NCBI RefSeq assembly: GCF_001194135.2
Contig: NC_068991.1
Span: 12,553,445 to 12,590,933 of the forward strand
Length of the DNA stretch: 37,489 nt
Direction: 5' to 3'
Source: Octopus bimaculoides
Lineage: Eukaryota
Positions within the stretch are counted from its first letter, which is position 1, and each line of letters starts with the position of its first letter. Positions 23,281 through 33,293 of the stretch are shown one piece after another. A program made the translations under genes and the position numbers. The notes under the pieces are model-generated. The model was not told where the DNA came from and searched no databases. It saw only the letters and a program-made list of their open reading frames with translations.

Positions 23281-23480
23281 TTCAAATCTTGGCACAAGGT
23301 CAACAAAGGGGGTAAGTCTATCTCATCGACCCCAGTGCTCAACTGGTATTTATTTTATCGACCCCGAAAGAGTGAAAGCAAGGTCGACCACGACGGAATT
23401 TGAACTCAGAACGTAAAAATGGACGGAATATCGCTCAGTATTTTACCCGGCGTGTTAACGAGTTTGCTAGCTCATTGCCT
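23281..23480 (-). mobile_element. Family D SINE, diverged
   Basis: ATCGACCCCAGTG...TTTATCGACCCCGAAAG...GGTCGACC...GGAATTTGAACTCAGAACGTA is the reverse complement of the family D body, including the B box. Confidence 0.75.
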
Positions 23481-24359
23481 TAAAGCAACGAGAAATAATA
23501 ACTGGTTTAAACATAGGGGAAAATATCAATCTACACAGTGGTTTACTAGAAAAACATAATAGATTTAATGCTTAATAAAAACGAGTCTTTATGTCGATGC
23601 GAATTTAACCAACGGGAAAAACAAACCTGATACATCACATAGAGAAAATACAGCATTTTCCACATGGGGCATGTAAATGTTTCGACGACTGTTCATCTCG
23701 TTAGCTGTTGAACCAATGTATAGCAGCTGTTGATATCAAATATGATTTCTAAATATACACTTCTGTTGTATATAGTGTACTAATTAATATCATTGGCAAA
23801 TTATGACCACAATTTTATACTTATTTTGCTGTAATTTAATTTCTTTATTTAATTTCGTTTTATTTTATGTTATTTCACCGCCAAATATCGCAGTAATTTT
23901 CCAGTTATTAAGAGGATAGATTTGCGTAACTGCACAATATGCAGTGGTAAAAGAAATTTAGTTTAAGGTGAATGAATGCAGACTTGGGAACGTGAGGCAT
24001 ACATTTTTCTTTCTTTCTTCAGAATTTTTTTATAGTTCGGAAGTTCTGAAAAATGAAATGAATAAAAAAATAGTAGGCTTTATACAATGAAAGTTTTGTA
24101 ACAAAAAGCAATATGAAGATGTGTGTGTAGAATATATATATATATAAATTATACTTCTATATTCATATATATAACATACGTATATTTATATATGCATGTG
24201 TGTGTATGCATATATATGTACGTCTGTGCACGCACACAGACACACGCACACAGACACACGCACACGCACACATATATATATCAATATATATTTATATATA
24301 CACACACGCACGCACACAGGCACACACACACGCACATACNNNNNNNNNNCACGCACATA

Positions 24360-24433
<74 letters not shown>

Positions 24434-25579
24434 TATATATTTATATATACGTGTCTGTGCACGCACACATACACACGCACACACACATATATATCAATAT
24501 ATATTTGTATATACGTGTATGCGTGCGTGAGCCAGTGCATGTATGTATGTATGTACGTATGTTTACACCATCACAGTTATTGAATAATTTAAAGCGAAGT
24601 GACGACTAAAAGTAGATTAAATTGATATAACTAAAATACATATTCGTTACCCTTTACACATATCTATGTTTCTAACCGTTTAATGGATACGAAAAACCCT
24701 GCATATACAAGGAATTGTTCAGCAGATGAAGAAAGAGAAACTTTATATTAAAATGAGTCTAACACAGCAAAGATTATAACAACTAGAGTTATTATTTATT
24801 AGAAGTTTAACTACTTGAATCTGGTTCAATACAGACGAAGGTTTTTTTGTTTGTTTGTTTTTTTTTCTCTTTGTGATATTTTTCTTCCAGAATATTTAAC
24901 GTCAGATTCCCTAATCTAGTTTGGTTCAAAACCAAAGCACGAAATTTATCCTTCTAAAAACACACAAAGGATTGGATTGGATTGAGATTTAACTTCCGAA
25001 ATGACTATATTTACCTTAATAAATCGTACATTAATGACAGAATCAGGACAATAACTTCCTTGGGCACCAAGACTTTGAAAATCTAAAGTAGACTAAAGCT
25101 GAGTTTCTGCACTTGTCCAAATGAGGATTTCCTTAAATCTGCTAAATTCCCAACCCATTCTCAAATATATAAGCCAAGAGATATTGATTTTTGATTCATG
25201 CTTAAGGCTGCAGTTTTAGTCAAAATGAGATTGTGTTAAGGTACTGTTGACATATTTTAGAGTGAGGTAAAAATGGAGGATTATTTGACGTTAATACGTT
25301 TCTGACAGGTGATTGCGTTTGTAAATGAAATGAAATGAACTGAATTGGCTTCAACTGAGAAGCGAAATATTAATCGTTGTAATATTAGTTTTCTCCAACC
25401 ATGGCTATATAAACACACAGACACACACACACAGACACGCACACGCACACACACACACACATACATACTCTCACACACGCACTAATATGGGTGTATTGAG
25501 TGTGTTTGTGTGAATATCAGAAAAAATATGTGTGAGTATTTGCGTGTGTATGTGCGTGTGTGTGTGTATTATATGTGTA

Positions 25580-25581
<2 letters not shown>

Positions 25582-25637
<56 letters not shown>

Positions 25638-25650
25638 GGATGGATGGATG

Positions 25651-25693
<43 letters not shown>

Positions 25694-25706
25694 GGATGGA
25701 TGGATG

Positions 25707-25760
<54 letters not shown>
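25582..25760. repeat. Compound (GATA)n/(GATG)n microsatellite
   Basis: Direct reading. Confidence 0.95.
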
Positions 25761-25761
<1 letters not shown>

Positions 25762-26411
25762 TTGTCCTACTTCACAATTCCTTTCGGAGTGCCCCATCCC
25801 GGCCTCTCTTACAAGTCTATACAACACTCCAGGATTATTCCCATCTTATACTATTTTGTTTTCTACCCGGGTAACCTACTTCTCCCCAGATGTTAATAGA
25901 ACACAACCTGACTTCCAGTACCTCTAACGCAGAAATGAGGATGGACCTGAACGCATGTATGAATTTCCTAGCAACTGACAATGTGAATGAGATAAATTAG
26001 GTAGGAGATGTATTTAATTACGCGAGCATTCATACAAGGTGTTCGGGTTAGAATTTGACAATTTTTTTATGCCTCCATTTTACAAGTCGGCTTTATATAT
26101 AAGCGAAATATCACTCTTTATTTATTTATCTTTTTCACGTATATTTTTACCTCATGTATTTCTTATTTCTGTTCTAAATAATTTATTGATATGTTCCTTG
26201 TCTTGGTGTATTTATTGTGTTATGCGTTTTATAAGCTGGTGTAAATCATAACTATAGGATGATCATCTAAATTTTGTCTCTTCTTAAATTTATATAACGT
26301 CTGGACTCTCAGGTTCGACCTGAGCACTTTTAAGCTCAGTGTATAGGTGTTTGTAGTCTGTGTGTTGTGTATATATATATATCTATGCATCTGAGTGTCT
26401 GATCATTGCAC

Positions 26412-26463
<52 letters not shown>

Positions 26464-27088
26464 GTGTGTGTGTGTGTATGTGTGTGTGTGTGTAAGGCAA
26501 AAGGCTTACATTCAGGATATGTCGTTGGGATGTTTGGTTCAGAACAACACCTTCAACAACCCTAACATCACCACTGCCTCGAATACTCCTATCAAAGACT
26601 ATAAGTATAATGCCTAAACGAAGAATTCTGTATCCTTTCGGTCAAAACTGTTAGAAATGGCAGTTAAATCGGCATTAAATCACATTTTATCGTCTTAACA
26701 AGGAAAGGGTATATTAAATAAACATATAAGTATAGATAGGCTAACCCTGAGAAGAGACGAGTTGGTCTTAAGTGAATTGCCTTTCACCATAGATCTCTAA
26801 GAAAAGAGCTGATATGAGGCCAAAAAAAGAAAACTACAATAACGCGATACAACATAACTTCACTTTTTCTATTATTTTAAAGAGACATATCGCTTCTAGC
26901 TATTTGCACCAACTCATTCCTTGCTGTCGGAATTTTAGCATTGGAGAAGTCTTATCGCTCAGGAAAAAATAACTATAAGGTTATCACAAGAAAGCTTATG
27001 TGTATATATGTATGTGTGTGTGTGCGTATGTATGTCTCTCTATCTCTCTATCTATCTATCTCTATCTCCCCGTCTCTTTCTCTCTCTG

Positions 27089-27159
<71 letters not shown>

Positions 27160-27618
27160 NNNNNNNNNNNNNNNNNNNNNNNNNNNNNNNNNNNNNNNNN
27201 NNNNNNNNNNNNNNNNNNNNNNNNNNNNNNNNNNNNNNNNNNNNNNNNNNNNNNNNNNNNNNNNNNNNNNNNNNNNNNNNNNNNNNNNNNNNNNNNNNNN
27301 NNNNNNNNNNNNNNNNNNNNNNNNNNNNNNNNNNNNNNNNNNNNNNNNNNNNNNNNNNNNNNNNNNNNNNNNNNNNNNNNNNNNNNNNNNNNNNNNNNNN
27401 NNNNNNNNNNNNNNNNNNNNNNNNNNNNNNNNNNNNNNNNNNNNNNNNNNNNNNNNNNNNNNNNNNNNNNNNNNNNNNNNNNNNNNNNNNNNNNNNNNNN
27501 NNNNNNNNNNNNNNNNNNNNNNNNNNNNNNNNNNNNNNNNNNNNACACATATATATATACACATGCATGCATAAATATATATATACATATATATATGCAT
27601 GCATATATGTCCCTCTCG

Positions 27619-27675
<57 letters not shown>

Positions 27676-27722
27676 TGCATACATACATACATGAATGCAT
27701 GCATGCATGTATACATACATAC

Positions 27723-27755
<33 letters not shown>

Positions 27756-28545
27756 CACACACATACATATCAATTAGGAATGATTGATAAGCAGCTATAA
27801 AATTATGAATGACCGACCGATGGCCAACCATAAAATATTCTCATAAAATATACCTCTGGGAAAGATGAGGAAAAAAAATAACATTCATGTATCTTCTCTT
27901 CTTCTTAAAACACATGTCTTAGATACTCGTGCAGCACAGACTAATTTTGACGTTCTGTCCGTCAACAAGTCTCATATATTATCATAGTTTCAGTTTTATT
28001 GTCTGAAGTTTCTCCCTTGAGGAACGGTGAAGATGAGTGAGAAATTACAAGCGGAGCACTGAGAGATTAATCGCTGCTGTCTATATTTTAGCTTCAAGCT
28101 TCCCCACCCTCACTCTCTATCCCGAGTACAAATTCATGTGAGAACTGACACTACTATTGAGGCTAATAGAATTATTTTACCAGGCAGGTACTGAAATCCG
28201 TTCGATCAACTATTCTGTTTCCCTAGAAATGTATATTTTTGAGTGGAAATTAAATATATTTTGTTCGACTGATTCCATGAAGATTTCATTTTTTTTTTTC
28301 ATCTCTGCTGCAGTGACCTACGGCTTAGTTTGTTATGATATTTCTAACTTTTCTTTTTATTTCTTTGATTTTTTTAAATCTTAGTTTGCTATGCGACACC
28401 AATGTGCTTGTCAAAATGTCTTGCAGTGTTTAATAATGTCTCCTTAATTTAATGATTCTTATTCTTCTATGTTCGAGAATATAAACAAGTAATTTGTCTG
28501 AGTTATATATTTCTTTAAATACGCTAGTTTTTACTGCTACTAATA

Positions 28546-28807
28546 CTCTTTTACTCTTTTACTTGTTTCAGTCATTTGACTGCGGCCATGCTGGAGCACC
28601 GCCTTTTAGTCGAGCAAATCGACCCCAGGACTTATTCTTTATAAGCCTAGTACTTATTCTATCGGTTATCCTTTGCCGATCCGCTAGATTACGGGGATGT
28701 AAACACACCCGCATCGTTTGTTAAGCGATGTTGGGGGGACAAACACAGACAGACACACACACACACACACACACANNNNNNNNNNNNNNNNNNNNNNNNN
28801 NNNNNCA

Positions 28808-28847
<40 letters not shown>

Positions 28848-29020
28848 CATATATACGACGGGCTTCTTTCAGTTTCCGTCTACCAAATCCACTCACAAGG
28901 CTTTGGTCAGCCCGAGGCTATAGTAGAAGACACTTTGCCCAAGGTGCCACGCAGTGGGACTGAACCCGGAACCATGTTGTTGGTAAGCAAGCTACTTACC
29001 ACATAGCCACTCCTGCGCCT
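28546..29020 (-). mobile_element. Full-length tRNA-derived SINE, working family C, with internal (TA)n/(TG)n microsatellite (gap at 28776-28805)
   Basis: Minus-strand head AGGCGCAGGAGTGGCTATGTGGTAAG...GGTTCCGGGTTCAGTCCCACTG, then core CACCTTGGGCAAAGTGTCTTCT, then tail CCAGCATGGCCGCAGTCAAATGACTGAAACAAG(TAAAAGAG)2. Confidence 0.85.
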
Positions 29021-29031
29021 ATAAAGATTAA

Positions 29032-29103
29032 AGGTCTTACCGAGATTTGAACTCAGATCGCTGGATTCAAAGTCCAGAGTGCTAACCATTACACCATAAG
29101 ACC
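29032..29103 (-). tRNA. trnQ: tRNA-Gln, anticodon TTG (72 nt, no intron)
   Basis: Minus strand: GGTCTTATGGTGTAATGGTTAGCACTCTGGACTTTGAATCCAGCGATCTGAGTTCAAATCTCGGTAAGACCT. The acceptor stem GGTCTTA/TAAGACC is fully paired. The anticodon stem CTGGA/TCCAG encloses loop CT-TTG-AA (anticodon at 29068-29070). The T stem CTGAG/CTCGG has one G-U pair and a TTCAAAT loop. The body is nearly identical to canonical metazoan tRNA-Gln. Confidence 0.88.
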
Positions 29104-29217
29104 CGTCCTACTAATGTACAAAATTGTACATCTTCTTAGTAATTCTTTTAATGTCATGTTCCGCAAGTAGAGCTAAGAATCTATCTAGCTGAGATCTGAT
29201 AGGTTTCAGACACAGTC

Positions 29218-29435
29218 GGCGAACTGGCAGAATCGTCACAAGCCGGGCAAAATGCTTAGCAGTATTCTGCCCGTCTCCATGTTCTGAGCTCAAATTCCGC
29301 TGAAATCGAATTTGCCTTTCATCCTTTCGGAGTCGATAAATCAAGTAGCAGTAGAAACACTGGGTTCAATGTAATCGACTAGCCCCCTTACAACAAATTT
29401 CAGGCCTTGAGCCTACAGTAGAAAGGATTATTATT
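29218..29435 (+). mobile_element. Near full-length family D SINE with (ATT) tail
   Basis: GGCGAACTGGCAGAATCG...GCCGGGCAAAATGCTTAGC...TCTGAGCTCAAATTCCG...TTTGCCTTTCATCCTTTCGG...GTAGAAAGGATTATTATT. Confidence 0.78.
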
Positions 29436-29454
29436 GGCGTTATTTTAATATATA

Positions 29455-29930
29455 CACGTCGATTTGAAGGAAGAAGTGAGCCAATGTACGGTACATACAT
29501 TTGATCACTATAAACGAATCAATACATTTGATCACTATAAGCCACGTCGATTTGAAGGAAGGAGTGAGCCAATGTATAGTACATACATTTGATCACTATA
29601 AACGAATCAATACATTTGATCACTATAAGCCACGTCGATTTGAAGGAAGGAGTGAGCCAATGTATAGTACATACANNNNNNNNNNNNNNNNNNNNNNNNN
29701 NNNNNNNNNNNNNNNNNNNNNNNNNNNNNNNNNNNNNNNNNNNNNNNNNNNNNNNNNNNNNNNNNNNNNNNNNNNNCACGTCGATTTGAAGGAAGAAGTG
29801 AGCCAATGTACGGTACATACATTTGATCACTATAAACGAATCAATACATTTGATCACTATAAGCCACGTCGATTTGAAGGAAGGAGTGAGCCAATGTACA
29901 GTACATACATTTGATCACTATAAACGAATT
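29455..29930. repeat. 88-bp tandem minisatellite, at least 5 visible units, interrupted by a gap (N 29676-29776)
   Basis: Units start CACGTCGATTTGAAGGAAG at 29455, 29543, 29631, 29777 and 29865. Each complete unit contains ATACATTTGATCACTATAA twice. Confidence 0.92.
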
Positions 29931-30552
29931 GTTTGTACAGGTCGTTCGGCAGAAGATGACCGCTCGGATGTCGTCTGCGACGGGAGAGTCCGTCGTTATC
30001 ATTATTAGTCTTGTTGATCTTGTTCGACTTTCTGTACGATTCCGCCATTTTCTAACTCAGCCTTGCCCGACTGACTGCCTGCCTGCCTGTTCCTTTTCTA
30101 CCAGTCTACCAGTCTACCACCACCACCACCACCGCCTCCAAATCAGAATCACGTGAGTGTTGAGTGACCAACTCCAAAATGGATATTTACATTTATACGC
30201 ATGTGATAACAAAAAAAAACCAAAAAAAACATGAATAAGTAAACAGATGACAAAAATAAAAACGATATGCAGGGTTATGTGATTGTCGCCATTGTTGATA
30301 CTGTTGCTGTTTGTATTGGTGACGGAGGTGTTGGTGGTAATGGTATCGGTGGTTTTTATTGGTTGTGTGGCGATAAAGGTGTGGTGTTGTGGTGGGCATG
30401 GTGGCGATAGATGCGGTGGATGGGCGATGTTGGTGTTGTGGTGTTTGCTTTTCATGTATTTTATTACTGTGGTCTTTTATTCTCATTTATTTTGAACTTT
30501 CATTGTTATTCTACCGTGCGTATATTTCTCTCTGTGCACATTATATACATAC

Positions 30553-30585
<33 letters not shown>

Positions 30586-30849
30586 TATNNNNNNNNNNNN
30601 NNNNNNNNNNNNNNNNNNNNNNNNNNNNNNNNNNNNNNNNNNNNNNNNNNNNNNNNNNNNNNNNNNNNNNNNNNNNNNNNNNNNNNNNNNNNNNNNNNNN
30701 NNNNNNNNNNNNNNNNNNNNNNNNNNNNNNNNNNNNNNNNNNNNNNNNNNNNNNNNNNNNNNNNNNNNNNNNNNNNNNNNNNNNNNNNNNNNNNNNNNNN
30801 NNNNNNNNNNNNNNNNNNNNNNNTATGTATATAAGTATCTAAAATGAAT

Positions 30850-30902
<53 letters not shown>

Positions 30903-31196
30903 GTTTGTGTGTGTGTGTATGCATGCATATGTTTATGTATGTGTGCATTTATATATGCATGCAGTTTTCATGTGAATACATGCATAAACACATACATACA
31001 TATATATCTACATTTATATGTGTATATATATATGTACTTGTAAACAAATCAAAATGCATATATGCACAAACGCATATACACACACATACACACAGATATG
31101 TATGTATGTATGTATATATATATGAATGCATGTATGTATATATGTATGTATACATAAACAAATCTACATTTAAAAATAGATAGATAGATCGACAGG

Positions 31197-31230
<34 letters not shown>

Positions 31231-31703
31231 ATATACATATATACACACACCCACATATGTATACACACACTCACATACATACATACATACATACATATAT
31301 ACACACATACATACATACATACATTCATACATACATACATTCATACATACTTTCATACATACATACATGCATACATTCATACATGCATACATACATACAT
31401 ACATACCATAGCGTCAAATAAATGGACAAACAACGGCTACAAACAAACAGAAATCCAAACACGGGTTTTCTCTTACGCCCTGTACTCTCACCCCGGCATG
31501 TCTTTATTAATATAGTCATTGAATCAGGCTCTAATATATAATATATAATATATAATATATAATATATATTATATATAATACACTAAAATAGAAAAGAGAA
31601 AGGCGAACTGAGAATAAACAAAACCATCATTGTTGCTGGATTTTCAGTTTGATCAGGCAGCCAGGCAATGCGTTTTCACTGACCTTGTTACTGTTGCTTT
31701 TGC

Positions 31704-31736
<33 letters not shown>

Positions 31737-31821
31737 ATTGGTGGTGGTGGTGGTGGTGGTGGCGGTGGTGACGGCGGCGGTTTTATTGTAGCTCTGACTG
31801 TTTATCATCATCATCATTATT

Positions 31822-31853
<32 letters not shown>

Positions 31854-31894
31854 CATCATCATCATCATCATTATTATTATTATTATTATTATTA

Positions 31895-32275
31895 GTGAAG
31901 GCGCATGGCTCAGTGGTTAGAGCGTGGAGCTTACGATCGCGAGGTCGTGAGTTCGAATCCCAGACCGGGCTGCGTGTTGTGTTCTTGAGCAAGACACTTT
32001 ATTTCACGTTGCTCCAGTTCACTCAGCTGTAGAAATGAGTTGCGACGTCACTGNNNNNNNNNNNNNNNNNNNNNNNNNNNNNNNNNNNNNNNNNNNNNNN
32101 NNNNGTATCGGCCCCTTTGCCTTACCCTTGGATTACACTGGTGGCGTGGAGAGGGGAGGCCGGTATGCATGAGCGACTGCTGGTCTTCCATAAACAACCT
32201 TGCCCGGACTTGTGCCTGGGAGGGTAACTTTCTAGGTGCAATCCCATGGTCATTTATGACTGAAGTGGGTCTCAG
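31895..32275 (+). mobile_element. Family B-head (CORE-like) SINE with a distinct 3' tail, followed by (TAT)n at 32276-32410
   Basis: GTGAAGGCGCATGGCTCAGTGGTTAGAGCG...GAGTTCGAATCCCAGACC carries A and B boxes. Core GTGTTCTTGAGCAAGACACTTTATTTCACGTTGCTCCAG follows. The tail is unrelated to those at 17745-17789 and 36804-36985. Confidence 0.8.
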
Positions 32276-32357
<82 letters not shown>

Positions 32358-32367
32358 NNNNNNNNNN

Positions 32368-32411
<44 letters not shown>

Positions 32412-32524
32412 GAAAGGATTGAGGTAACTCCTCCTGAAGATATAGAGTCAAAATTAAAAGAAGAGTGCCATTTGTTTTCTAGTGAACAATATTTCGATAT
32501 CTCGCGTGTCTTCAACTGGTTCAA

Positions 32525-32638
32525 AAAATAAATTTGTCAATCTACTTCATTTTGGTTAATATAGAAATGAAGTAGATTGACAAATTTATTTTCATATATT
32601 TTCATATAGAAATGAAGTAGATTGACAAATTTATTTTT
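32525..32638. repeat. 28-bp perfect inverted repeat (12-nt spacer) plus a third direct copy of the right arm
   Basis: AAAATAAATTTGTCAATCTACTTCATTT (32525-32552) and AAATGAAGTAGATTGACAAATTTATTTT (32565-32592, repeated at 32610-32637). Confidence 0.92.
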
Positions 32639-32640
32639 GT

Positions 32641-32740
32641 GGGGAAGATACGAGTCGATTACATCGACCCCAGTGTTTCAATGATACTTAATTTATCGAC
32701 CCCGAAAGTATGAAAAGCAAAGTTGACTTCGGCGGAAGTC
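32641..32740 (-). mobile_element. Family D SINE internal fragment
   Basis: GTCGATTACATCGACCCCAGTG...TTAATTTATCGACCCCGAAAG.ATGAAA.GCAAAGT.GAC.TCGGCGGAA matches 20295-20382. Confidence 0.7.
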
Positions 32741-32776
32741 AATTATGAAACGTATTAAAAATTTGAAATGAAACTA

Positions 32777-32904
32777 CAAGGTGTCCACAAAGTCTGGGTA
32801 CATGGAGTATATAAAAATCATAACATAAGCAATTAAATATATGAAATAATAATTTCTTAAAGTATGTGTTAACCCCCATGTACCCAAACTTTGTGGACAC
32901 CCTG
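32777..32904. mobile_element. 128-bp Tc1/mariner-type MITE with 29-bp TIRs and TA TSD
   Basis: Left end TA|CAAGGTGTCCACAAAGTCTGGGTACATGG; right end CCATGTACCCAAACTTTGTGGACACCCTG|TA (27/29 match). TA at 32775-32776 and 32905-32906. AT-rich non-coding interior. Confidence 0.82.
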
Positions 32905-32906
32905 TA

Positions 32907-33293
32907 TTGTTGTTGTTGGCACTCCGTCGCTTACGACGTCGAGGGTTCCAGTTGATCCGATCAACGGAACAGCCTGCTCGTGAAATTAACGTGCAAGTGG
33001 CTGAGCACTCCACAGACACGTGTACCCTTAACGTAGTTCTCGGGGATATTCAACGTGATACAGTGTGACAAGGCTGACCCTTTGAATTAGAGGCACAACA
33101 GAAACAGGAAGTAAGAGTGAGAGAAAGTTGTGGTGGAAGAGTACAGCAGTGTTCGCCACCATCCCCTGACGGAGCCTCGTGGAGCTTTAGGTGTTTTCGC
33201 TCAATAAGCACTCACAATGCCCGATCTGGGAATCGAAACCGTGATCCTATGACTGCGAGTCCGCTGCCCTAACCACTGGGCCATTGCGCCTCC
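32907..33293 (-). mobile_element. Full-length family A SINE with (AAC)n tail and 11-bp TSD
   Basis: Colinear with 2243-2622. (TTG)n tail at 32907-32917. TSD ACACCCTGTAT at 32897-32907 and 33296-33306. Confidence 0.9.

Noticed and set aside
26033-26060. TACAAGGTGTTCGGG, resembling a Tc1-type end
   Set aside because: No matching inverted end was found nearby, so it cannot be supported as an element.
29455-29930. CRISPR-like appearance of regularly spaced repeats
   Set aside because: The sequence between the repeated motifs is itself repeated, so there are no unique spacers. There are no cas genes and the context is eukaryotic. It is a tandem minisatellite.
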